NCBI GenBank assembly: GCA_951406725.2 | Contig: OX597816.1 | Location: 153,140,001-153,204,000 of the forward strand | Reading direction: 5' to 3' | Source of the DNA: Octopus vulgaris | Taxonomy: Eukaryota | Length of the DNA: 64,000 nt | Notes under the pieces: model-generated | Told to the model about the DNA's origin: nothing | The model's input: only the letters and a program-made list of their open reading frames with translations | Database searches by the model: none | Shown: positions 53,282 through 64,000 of the stretch, piece by piece | Position numbering within the stretch: the first letter of the stretch is position 1 | Layout: each line of letters begins with the position of its first letter | Position numbers and translations under genes: made by a program

Positions 53282-53875
53282 CGGGGTCGATTATATCGTC
53301 TAGCCCCCTCCCCCAAACAATTTCAGGCTTAGTGCTATGGTGGTTTATTTTATTAGGTATTTACTATAGTAGAAACGCACTGGGGTTGATATAATCGACT
53401 TAATCCGTTTGTCTGGCCTTATTTGTCCTCCCTGTGTTTAGCCCTTTGTGGGTAGTAAAGAAATATGTATTATAGCGGCGAGCTGGTAGAAACGTTAGCA
53501 CGCCGGGCGAGATGCTTAGCAGTATTTCGTCTGCCGTTACGTTCTGAGTTCAAATTCAGCCGAGGTCGACTTTGCCTTTCATCCTTTCGGGGTCGATAAA
53601 TTAAGTACCAGTTACGCACTGGAGTCGATATAATCGACTTAATCCGTTTGTCTGGCCTTGTTGGTCCTCTCTGTGTTTAGCCCCTTGTGGGTAGTAAGGA
53701 AATAGGTATTTCGTCTGCTACTACGTTCTGAGTTCAAATTCTTCTGGGGTCGACTTTGTCTTTCATCCTTTCGGAGTCGATTAAATAGGTACCAATTACA
53801 CACTGGAATCGATATAATCGACTAACCTCCTTCCTCCAAAATTTCCAAGGCCTTGTGCCAAGAATAGGAATAATT
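53282..53875 (+). mobile_element. SINE family A cluster: partial units, then head + body A + headless body B
   Basis: Head at 53474, junction near 53705, tail near 53870. Confidence 0.9.
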
Positions 53876-54079
53876 ATAATGATACTTTGAGCACAAATTT
53901 CACCTAAAAACAAAGGTACAGCTTTGTCTTTCGTCTTTTGAAGATCGATAAAAAGAGCACCAGCCAAGTATTGCGATAGATCGAATCCCTCATGTTTGAT
54001 GCCCTGTGTATATGTAAGAAAAAATTAAAAACAACAAGTAATTATTTTAAAAATTTCAGTCTCATAATTTTGCTCGACA

Positions 54080-54440
54080 GAGTTAAAAATTTTAGCAAAA
54101 ATGTTCATCAGGAGGTTGGCGCTTGTTGTCTGCAGCGTAGTGTGAGTTGCGCAAACTCGTGCGATCTCTGGTAAATCTATCCACAACCTCCATCTCATGC
54201 TATACACCGTAGAATGGGTCAGGAATAGACCTGGCTTTGGCGGGGCATTGCTCAATTTGGGTTAGTTTAAGACATTCGACAGGGTAGACCTGTTAAAAAC
54301 CTAGTACTTTAGTTGAAGAGTTTGTGAACCAGCAGAAATAGACGCGTTATCTTTCCCCCTCGCCAACGTGAACTAGTTCACGTTTACCGAGATTGAACTA
54401 GTCCGAGTGAAATCAACGGTCAGTTATCCGAGGACTTATA
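54080..54440 (+). pseudogene. Tx1/L1-like RT fragment
   Basis: AQTRAISGKSIHNLHLMLY...GGALLNLG*FKTFDRVD, then INGQLSEDL. Confidence 0.7.
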
Positions 54441-54619
54441 AAAGTGATCATATAAAATTATTTTATTCATTTCTTCGGAGCAGGGATGGTAAACCAAGGA
54501 TCATTTTCAAATAATTTTCAGATTCTTTTTTTTTTGTTATCATACCTTGTGCTCCTACAATCACTGGTATTGTAACCGCCTTGAGACACTACATGCTTTG
54601 AACTAAACACCTATATATA

Positions 54620-55697
54620 TCTTCAGTTATCTACCCGCTGATGGCTTTGTCCATTTAGTTCAATATTGTGGAATTCTAGACGAGTAACGCTCAATCTTGG
54701 TTTCTGCTCAAACCATGATTGCAATTCAGTGAAGGAAACAAGATTCAGAAAGACGAGTCGTACAAAAGACACCCGCGCTAGTTCGCCCTCACTTCTGTTG
54801 GTGTCGTTGGCATCATCACAGTGATTTTGATTTTTCTGCAAATGTGTCAGCCTCAGCGCATGCCGTCGCATCATCAAAGACTGCATCCCGAGCCCGTCTC
54901 GAGGTGGGTATTGACAGAAAATGGGTTTCCCGATCATCGGAATCTAACCCTTTTATAAGAATCGGAAGAAGTATGCGCTTCAATTTGGTCAGAGTTTTCT
55001 TAGGATAAATATATTACGGTCAGGTCGTAGTATACCACCGAGGTGATGTATCCTTTCGTTACTTCTGCCCGTCCTTTCAAAGACAACTTTCTTTCAGCCT
55101 GTTTCTGTATGAGATTTGCCACCTTGCTTGTGACCACTTCTCTGTTCTTATCTACCTGACATGTACCAGACTCCGAGAACTTTCACCAAACCATCAGTCT
55201 AGCGACAGAAATCGTCGTCAGACGGTACGGGTTTGCCTCTCCAAGAGCCTGGTTGCAAACCGACCAATTTGTCCTGGTTTATGTGTGCTCCTGCACATAC
55301 CTGGTATTATCTCAGTATAGTGCCGATCGTTTTTATATCCGAAGTGTCTGACACCATGACAGTGACGTCATTTGCGTATGCAGACACGGCACCCCTGTGA
55401 CCCAGTTCCAGTGGGATCCTCTTCAAATTCTCCAGCTTTCACAGCAAAAATATAAGATATAAGAGTAGGAAGTGGTGGAATCCTTAACAGACTGAGTTTT
55501 TCGATGCTGAAAGGTTGACCAGCAAGCAGATGCACTTCTTGTATATCGTTGTAATCCAGTCTTTGAAGACAGGATCAAAACCGACTGATCTTAGGACAGC
55601 TGCCAGATAGCAATGGTCTTATCAGTCAGACGTCTTGAGCAGATCCAAATTGACCAGTACCCAGCCAAAGTCAGACACATTCTACCCAACTATCTGC
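54620..55697 (-). pseudogene. Tx1/L1-like RT fragment
   Basis: LVNLDLLKT...DHCYLAAVL..GF; SAYANDVTVMVSD; GAHINQDKLVGL..GSWRGK; VLGVW. Confidence 0.8.
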
Positions 55698-55966
55698 ACA
55701 TACACGAACACGCGCGCGCGCACACACACGCACACACTCACACACACACATATGTAGTTTATTTAAGTCAATCCACTGACCTGTTACCCAGTAGTTTCCA
55801 CGTCATGCCATTGCTTCTTCAGACGAGACAGACTGAGCGAAAAGACACCTCGATGAAGGAAGCATTGCAGAAGAAAATAAATGTTCGTTTTGACAATGGT
55901 AGTCACACCAGTAAACGTGGTGGTAATAAAATTGATTAAAAAAATATATTGATGTTGATGATAACA

Positions 55967-56172
55967 ATCCTTTCTACCACAGGTACAAGGCCTGAAATTT
56001 GGGCGCGGGGATAGTCGGTTACATGGAGCCCAGTACTCAACTGGTATTTTATCGACCCCGAAAGGAGGAAAGGCAAAGTCAACCTCTGCGGAATTTGAGC
56101 TCAGAACATAAACATAAAGACAGACGAAATGCTTGTAAGCATTTTGCCCGGCATGCTAACGATTCTGCCAGA
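55967..56172 (-). mobile_element. SINE family A monomer, type-B tail
   Basis: TCCTTTCTACCACAGGTACAAGGCCTGAAATTT...GCTAACGATTCTGCCAG. Confidence 0.85.
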
Positions 56173-56472
56173 TGATAATAATGATATCAATAATAGCAAC
56201 AATGATGACAAGAACAGCAACAACGCCAACGAGTATTGCTGGACAAAAATATACGTGCGGTGGACCTCTAAATGCACATTCTTGCATGCCTAACACACAC
56301 ACACACTTGGATCTGCGTAGAAAGGCCCATACACTCGCACATACTCATACAAGATCCCAAAGGCAAAGTTCCAGACACATGCAGATATTCATACACAGGC
56401 ACACACACACGTGTCCCATCGTATACACAGCAAACTCCATAGTAACGGTTACTGAACCAGCGTATAAAGAGA

Positions 56473-56508
<36 letters not shown>

Positions 56509-56534
56509 AGAGAGAGAGAGAGAGAGAGAGTTCC

Positions 56535-57750
56535 CGCAGCGAAGGTCTTTTCACATCAGAGTTAAAAATACACCCCTATATTTCAATCAGCGATGTTCAG
56601 TGTTCCTTCCAGTGGAGTGGCATCATTCGAAAGCTACAACAATGTGGGAAGCGCATAGGACTGCCCCCTGTAGTCTCCCCCTACAAAACAAAATATCTCT
56701 AGAATTGAATAACCCCAGAGAGCATTCACTAAATGAATTAAGCAGCATTCGAGTTGTGGCCGTACAAAGGAGAAGAAAAGTGGAATGATGACACCTCGTT
56801 CTCTGAACCGGAAGGTTCTTAAGATCCAGGAGCTCATTCTACGAGCTATATCAACCTTATTGTTGATGTGGCACTCCAACTGAGATTGTTATCAACAATT
56901 ACTCATAGGTCTCTGATATTATTAGATGCTGTGAGCGGTTCCCCTGAAGAAACAGAGTATGGCTATTTTAGTATAGTCTTTCTTCCAAATTGCATCAGCT
57001 TAAATTTTCTCTCGTTTACTTGCATTTTGTTTTTGTCTGACTCACCGCATATAGATCAGACTGGAGTTGAGTTCGGTCTTCTTCATTGATGATTTGCTGG
57101 AGCTTAGAGTCATCAGTAAATATTTTCACTTTGCAGTGATTTACGACGTTGGAAAGGTTGTTTATGTAGTTTATAAAGAGGATCGGGCCCAAGACAGTCC
57201 CCTGAGGGACACCACTGGTGACGTTTGCTGGGCTTGAGTGGACTACATCGACCACAACATATTGTGTTCTATTCGCCAGGAAATACTCAATCCAGTGTAG
57301 AAGTTTCCCACGGATTCCAACATTTGCCAATTTTGAGAGTAAGATATTATGGTCAACCCTGTCGAACGCTTTATTGAAGTTAAGATATATGACATCAGAG
57401 TTCGAACCTGTTCCCAAGTCTTTAAGTGTATCCTCAATGTGGTGTAAGATGAGGGAAACTGTGTTAGACAGTCCCTGCCATAGCGAAAGCCATGCTGATT
57501 TGCATTTTGGAGTTTGTGGATCTCCAGGAAGCCAGCTATCCTTGATCTTAACACTCTTTCAAACACTTTAATGACGTGGGAGGTAAGTGAGATTGGGCGA
57601 TAGCTGACTGCGAGGGATATGTTTCCCTGTTTGAAAACCGGGATGACAGACTGGGATAGGAGCTGTTTCGGTATATAACCTGAGTCTAAAGAATTTTTCT
57701 AGAGGTTGGTCAGAGGGACTGCAAGCCAACTCCCTATGTATGGGATCTTC
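56535..57750 (-). pseudogene. CR1/L2-type LINE RT fragment
   Basis: QHGFR.GR.CLTQ; DVIYLNFNKAFDRVDH; SGVPQGTVLGPILF; IFTDDSKL; FVRPQLE. Confidence 0.9.
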
Positions 57751-57771
57751 CATTTTTGGCAATATATATAT

Positions 57772-57829
<58 letters not shown>

Positions 57830-57855
57830 ACAGGCGTATCTATACATGTAGGTGT

Positions 57856-57887
<32 letters not shown>

Positions 57888-58099
57888 GTAGATAGATAGA
57901 TAGCTAGATATATACACATAGCGAGAAAGATGTGTGTGTGTGCGTGCGCGCGTGTAATTTTTAGTGCGTAAATCGATTTCTTTTTCTGGCCATAGAAAGA
58001 ATAACCGATCGTTTAGCTAGTTTACTTTTTCACTCTGAGGCAAATTATGTTTACTAAAAAAAGAAATACGCGCACACACTTGTACGATTTACCTAACAT

Positions 58100-58233
<134 letters not shown>

Positions 58234-58738
58234 TGATATGGCTGCAACGTGTATTTCAATATGTTTATCTCTAACGAACTTGCATAACGCTAAATATTGA
58301 ATATATTTCAGCATATCTAGAATATCGATCGTATAACTCCACTAACTATACACCCAGAATATGCCAGTATACAGGGCCTTGCAGAATGACTATTTTTCGT
58401 TTGAAAATCTTTATAACTACAAAATTTTATTGATTTTCGTGGAGGTTTCTTCAACATCGTCATTCCCGACGAATGTAAAATCTGGTGATGATACAGATGT
58501 GTTCTGATGTACTTAACCGTATCACTGCTGAAAAGATTATATTCCCAAAATTCAAGTTTCTTATCGCGAATGTTTCGCTGGGTCGTCCAATAGCAAATGT
58601 AATGTTGTGTGTTATTGTTGTTGTTGTTGTTGCTTCTGTCGTCGTTGACATCGTTGTTTCATGCATTGAAATCATATGAAATTTAAGAATTTATTGATTA
58701 ATCGTTAATTTTCTTCGGTTTTGGGTGCTGTCCTGGTT

Positions 58739-58945
58739 TTGTTGTTCTTTAGCCTCAAGTCAGAGGCTACTGAGCATACTTACAATCTAAAGCGTTTCGG
58801 TCGTGGGGACCCTGTCCTTTTGTTTCAAGGAGTAATGATGCGCTGCAGACTACACTATCCAACGTGATCGTTTTAATACAGAAGTGTGATTCAAGGGAAA
58901 TTTCGCTACTATTTCGAACCGGTTCAATCACCACCTAGCAGATCC
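58739..58945 (-). mobile_element. SINE-like family C fragment
   Basis: TTTAGCCTCAAGTCAG..GTGTGATTCAAGGGAAATTTCGCTACTATTTC; reverse of the 25320-25500 motifs. Confidence 0.55.
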
Positions 58946-59446
58946 TTTCGCTTCAGGCTTCCATTATCTTTGAGAGATAATCATCCTCAGACTAAAAATG
59001 GCGTGAATACTTGTAGCTTAGTGGAATTCGTTAAAGACACCCTTAAGTCAGATAGTGGGCTTGAAATGGATGAGGGATTAAGCTTTAAATTTATTAGTAT
59101 ATTGAATGTAAGTGCAGATAACCGATTTCAATCGAATATTGAAACTGGTTCGTCGGTACATTACCCTCCAGAAACTTATATCTTATTCGACCACATGAAA
59201 TATTCTTGCCTATTCATTTAACAACTACAATTGATTTATATTTGAAAGAATGAGAAAGTGTGATGTTGAAACGTTAATACCATATCCAAAATCATTAGCA
59301 ATATATGTGACGAAAAGTGGTTTTTAATTGATTATTGAAAGTATGATCCGAATTAGCTGTGAGCTTACTCACAGTGCTTATCAAATATGTAAAATATATC
59401 GAATTATCATTACTATTATTGTTGTTGTTATTGATGTTGTTATTGC

Positions 59447-59518
<72 letters not shown>

Positions 59519-59527
59519 CATCATCAT
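59447..59527. repeat. (ATT)n microsatellite
   Basis: Directly visible. Confidence 0.97.
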
Positions 59528-59529
59528 TC

Positions 59530-60262
59530 TTTTAACTCGGATTTTGTTGGCGCTCCTGAAGTCTTGCATGAGTAGCGGGTTTGCTGCCTGCAGCCTACGG
59601 TACTATGCTATCTGTTCTTTTCAACTAACTAATACTTTCCTGACGGTTCTGGTCGTGCGAAGGTGGCAAACCTTTTGTAGTAGTTCTACATACCTCTCTG
59701 TTGCTATTTCCTTTATATTCCCTTCCATGAATTCTGATTCTTTCCCCTGGGACAGTCCCTTGTTGCACAGTACTTCTTCATGTCCTTCTTGTACTTTTTG
59801 ATTTGTTCTTTTCTTTTTCCTGCTTTCGCTATATTCTCATCTCTAACTGCCATTAACAAGGTTACCTCACTTTGGATGAGGTATCTCAGCAAATTCCCAA
59901 ATTCGATATGCACGCGATCTCCCACATTTATCGGTCCTCTTCCTCCATTTCCTTTCTTCATGTATGAGCGATCAGTTTTTGAACGTGGATGATAGGCTCC
60001 ATGCCAAGTTAGGATCTTTCTTGCCTTCCTGTTCAACTCATTTAGCTTATCCTCTGTCCACTTCAGAATTCCAGGTCCGTACCGAACCACTGTGATTGTC
60101 CGCCTGTTTATTGCCGAAATCATGTTTTTGGTATTCAACTTTGAATCCAATAAGCTTTCTCAATTGCTGCAGATAGTGTTATTTTTTTTTCATATCATCA
60201 TGCTTAATTCCATCTGCGTCGAGTATTCCCAGGTATATATATCCAAATTCAATTTTCTTTAT
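59530..60262 (-). pseudogene. Decayed R4/Dong-like fragment
   Basis: YIYLGILD; SKLNTKNMISAIN...VVRYGPGILKWT..LNRKARKILTWHGAYHPRSKTDRSY..GGRG. Confidence 0.85.
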
Positions 60263-60312
60263 CAATACGTTACGTGACATACACACCCTTCTGTTTGGAC
60301 AAACGACTTACG

Positions 60313-60445
<133 letters not shown>

Positions 60446-60535
60446 TGAGAGAGAAGAGAGGATAAGAGAGAGCGGTACATAAATAACAACAACATCATCA
60501 TCATCAACAACAACAGCAACAACAATAACAATAAT

Positions 60536-60727
60536 AATCCTTTCTACTTAAAGCACAAAGAGTAAGTCGATTACATCGCCCCCGTAACTCAACTGGTACT
60601 TATTATATCGGCCCCGAAAGGATGAAAGACAAAGTAGACCTGGGCGGAATTTGAACTCAGAATGTAAAGACGGACGAAATGCTAAGCATTTTGCCCGTCA
60701 AATAATAATAATAATAATAACAATAAC

Positions 60728-60787
<60 letters not shown>
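60536..60787 (-). mobile_element. SINE family A (60536-60698) between AAT-type repeats
   Basis: CCCCGAAAGGATGAAAGACAAAGT..GGAATTTGAACTCAG; (AAT)n at 60701-60787. Confidence 0.85.
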
Positions 60788-61049
60788 GAAAATCACAATT
60801 GATTATGGTAAAATTTGAAACCCGAACATAATGGGGCGATCGTAAATACTATAAGACTGTTAGTTCTGCGCAGTTTCTGTAATTTCACTGTTTTACTTGA
60901 GCGCTTTACACACTTGTCTACAGAAAAGGGTGAAATGTCTGAAAAAACAAAAACGCTTAGCCAAGTATCCAATTTTGATTATCATCGTCATATCAGGTAT
61001 CTCTAAATTATTGAGATCTAACCACGACGAAATATGTATGTGATTCTGC

Positions 61050-61790
61050 ATGTCACATTATAATTCTAAAGGATCAGCCATTCTTACTTCTCAATCCGAA
61101 GTCTAACACTTTAAAAATAACTGTTTCAATGAACTACCTAACTTTAAATTCCACCGTTGGAACATTTTTGCAGTACCCTTTCGGGAGGAGCTTTCTATTC
61201 GCTTTACATTTTTGTTTGTTACTTAGTCATCTGTAGGCTGGTATCTGCGAGAGGAATATTATGGAAATTGACCGTAGAGATTAGCTGTTCTATTGATTGC
61301 AATGATGCGGTTTGACTGGAAATTCCAATCCAAGATACGAGATGTGAACAAAATTAGCTAGAAGGTTCTTGTGTTAGATTTGCTCGACAATTTTGCCGGT
61401 ATCAAATTCAACAATATTTTTTTCTCTCGGGAGTGAAGAATCACTGGTTAATGGTGCAAGAGAGAAAGCTGGTAGATATGGTTCTACGGGAGCATACAAA
61501 GCCATAATATAATAAGGTTATTTTCAACCATTTGAGGTGATGAGATGAGATCATAGTGGTTGGTGATTATCATTGAGAATGAAACTCAATGTGACGTATT
61601 TCTAAAGATAATACCTCTTTAGGGATTTAAACATTGAAGAGTTTGGAGAAGACGCGGGTGAGATCTTGAGCGCATTTATCGATATTATTGGAAGGGGAAA
61701 TCACTGGTAGCAGTAAATTTAATGGTTCAAGCTTACGCATGATTTTTCACACATGGCGAATGTTTTCGTGGTAGTGATAGTAATGTGTGT
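61050..61790 (-). pseudogene. Possible ancient LINE RT N-terminal remnant
   Basis: Weak LIPAKL and ANL-RSIS (like NYRPIS) remnants. Confidence 0.3.
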
Positions 61791-62204
61791 ATTGGGTGAA
61801 GGGGAATCTGAAAACCGACAAAAGTTGTAATTCTTGTTCAGATTTAAGGTCAGCTCCGATCGAGCAAATCTATGATTGTTAAAATATATTATTTGATCTT
61901 CATGCTTTAAATGCAGAGAACACCAAATTGGTAAAGCTACGTGGCAAACAAAAATTAATGATCTAATATACTACTACGATTTACGTACATAACACAATAA
62001 ACAAACGCTAGTACAGCTATGAAATGAAATTGGAAACGTAATCTATTATAGCCACAACATTTATTCATAAGGTAGCTAATAAACTTTGGTAAGAAATTGA
62101 AAACACAATATATGCATTATTAATATTATTCATAAAGCAACTGACATGAATATTTTAAAGGTGACACACACGCGCGCACACACACACACATACACACTTA
62201 TGCA

Positions 62205-63287
62205 TGCGTAGCATTCCAGGCATTTAAAGACATTTTCAGAAAAGACATTTCCAAGTTACAAAAATAAAACAAAAAATAATCTCCTTCAAAGTAGGATCCT
62301 TTGTCTTCAATGCTCTTGTAGCGTTCAAGCCACTTTGTGAAGGCTTCATGGAAGTCCTACAAAGTGAATGTGTTTAAGCTTTGTCACAGCTTCCCTCATC
62401 ATGAAAACGACTGCCCCTGAGGTTATGCTTCAGGTTGCGGAACAGCCAAAAGTCACAGGGAGCAAGTCTTGGACTATAGGGAGGTCGTGGGACAGTTTTG
62501 CTGCCAAACTTTGCTAACTAGTTGGTCAACAGGATGGAATTATGGATTGGTTCATTGTCCTCGTATGCGAGTATTTGATTCGAGTGGAAGAGCTCTGACC
62601 TTTTAAACTCCTCCAAAACTTCCTCAAAGTGCTCTTTGTTGACCGCCTGACCAGAAGGAATCCAGTAGATGTAGATGATGTACATGCTGTCGAAAAGGGA
62701 GATCCTCATAAACTTCCCGGTGAACTTGCTTTGCCTAACCTTATTGAGTCTGGTGGAGCCAGGATGCTTCCCTTGAGCACTCTGTGTCTTGGGCTCTGGA
62801 TCATAACAGTTGATCCAACTTTTGTCATGGATCGTAAAAGACTCAACTACTCTTGGATTGTAGGGTAATGAACTCAACTATCTCCTTGCTTTCTCCAATG
62901 AGTTTTTCATTCTGTTCGTCTGACATCGTCTCTCACCTCTCTATCATCATTAAACCTTTTGTGCCAGCGAGAAACAGATACTCGGCTCATATAAGTTAAT
63001 CCATGGGCAATCCGGAACAATTCATGAATTTCTGTTGTGTTTTTGCCCAGTTTAACACAAAACTTTACTGCATAGCGAGCTTTCAAATTGACTTCACATC
63101 CCGACTATATTCTGAATGTGTTCAATGTTGTAACAGCCGTCTCCTTCAATCCAGAATAAAAAAGAAAAGAAATTGGAGGTCAATTTATTAAAAGTATTGC
63201 AATGATGTACTATGATATACAATGATCTAGGTCATTTATAAATGCTTCTCATAAAAAAGTCTGAAACCTCCTGGTATGCACTTCGTA
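62205..63287 (-). mobile_element. Decayed mariner transposon
   Basis: IHDKSWINCYDPEPK.QS; EDNEPIH; PPYSP.LAPCDFWLF.NLK; diverged TIR-like ends with TA at the right end. Confidence 0.85.
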
Positions 63288-63329
63288 CAATTTTATCGAC
63301 ACAACCACTGGAATTGTGGGTCTAGGGCT

Positions 63330-63900
63330 TGTCTGCGCACTTTTCTCTGTATGGAGATAATAATATATTACAGGGTATTAAAGTTTATTAAAACGCCAGC
63401 AGCATAGTTGTTCTGTTGCAGAATATTGTTATAGATAGATTATATTTTCAACTTCGTTCTAGACAGATGATCATAATTTTCAAAGACGTTCTCTTCTAAA
63501 GCTGCTCGAATTAAAACCTTGACTGTAAAATACAATTTAAAACGAAATTGTTCTGGTTTTCAAACTATCGTGGAATTTTCAGATGCACCAAGCAGAGTAA
63601 CAAGTAAAATAAAATTAAAAAAAAAAGAAGCATTCTACTTATCTAATTTTTATCTCGCCGTACAGGTTTTTTTAAAAGAATATACTCTTGTGACGCAAAA
63701 TTATTTAAATCTTAAGCAATTTTCTTTTTTAAAATAGAAATACATTGTAGAAAAATATATTTCTATACATTTACAGAGTAATTCATTTGTTATGAATTCA
63801 ACAAACTTCAAAGAGACTGTTCATCCTTTGATGGCACTCGATCAACTGCAAATATGTCAGCAATTGTTTCCTGTATTTTAAAAAAAGTATTAATTATTCA
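63330..63900 (+). pseudogene. Possible ancient CR1-like RT remnant
   Basis: Weak FSDAP (like SGVPQ) and YSCDAKLF (like FADDAKLF) remnants in the expected order. Confidence 0.35.
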
Positions 63901-64000
63901 CAAATATTTTTGTTTTTAGTATATTTTGTTTTAATTTTTTAAAATTTATTTATGCTTTATACTGCTGCATTTGTAAAATATGCTCTCCTTTATATATATT

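Noticed and set aside
54080-55697. Apparent inversion splitting one Tx1 LINE at FDRVD|H
   Set aside because: The minus fragment has its own LVNLD..KT..DH segment (55615-55697), so these are two overlapping independent copies.
59447-59600. (ATT)n next to a Dong-like fragment as its native 3' target junction
   Set aside because: The fragment ends before the zinc knuckle and endonuclease, so this is not the true 3' end.

Overview
AT-rich, microsatellite-saturated eukaryotic DNA. The SINE/LINE repertoire looks like a coleoid cephalopod, probably Octopus (inferred from recalled repeat families, not from a search). I can support no host protein-coding exon; most listed ORFs are translated microsatellites. 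The window is almost entirely mobile DNA. (1) A young, 5'-truncated R4/Dong-clade retrotransposon (RT, CCHC knuckle, PD-(D/E)xK endonuclease, one frameshift; 47523-49935) sits in a (TAA)n tract at the end of a nest of older relatives. (2) A Penelope-like GIY-YIG fragment, possibly Naiad-type, retains its 3' ribozyme. (3) There are degraded RTE, CR1/L2-like and Tx1/L1-like LINEs, a mariner, Tigger-like, mariner-derived and Merlin-like MITEs, a non-autonomous Helitron, and many tRNA-derived SINEs, some multimeric. The most striking unexplained signal is about 9 clear and several decayed minimal type I hammerhead ribozyme motifs from at least 6 unrelated short-element families. Most families have their own self-complementary stem III, most lie next to (TA)n, and three loci are fold-back (inverted) arrangements. 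All RNA structures were folded by eye.
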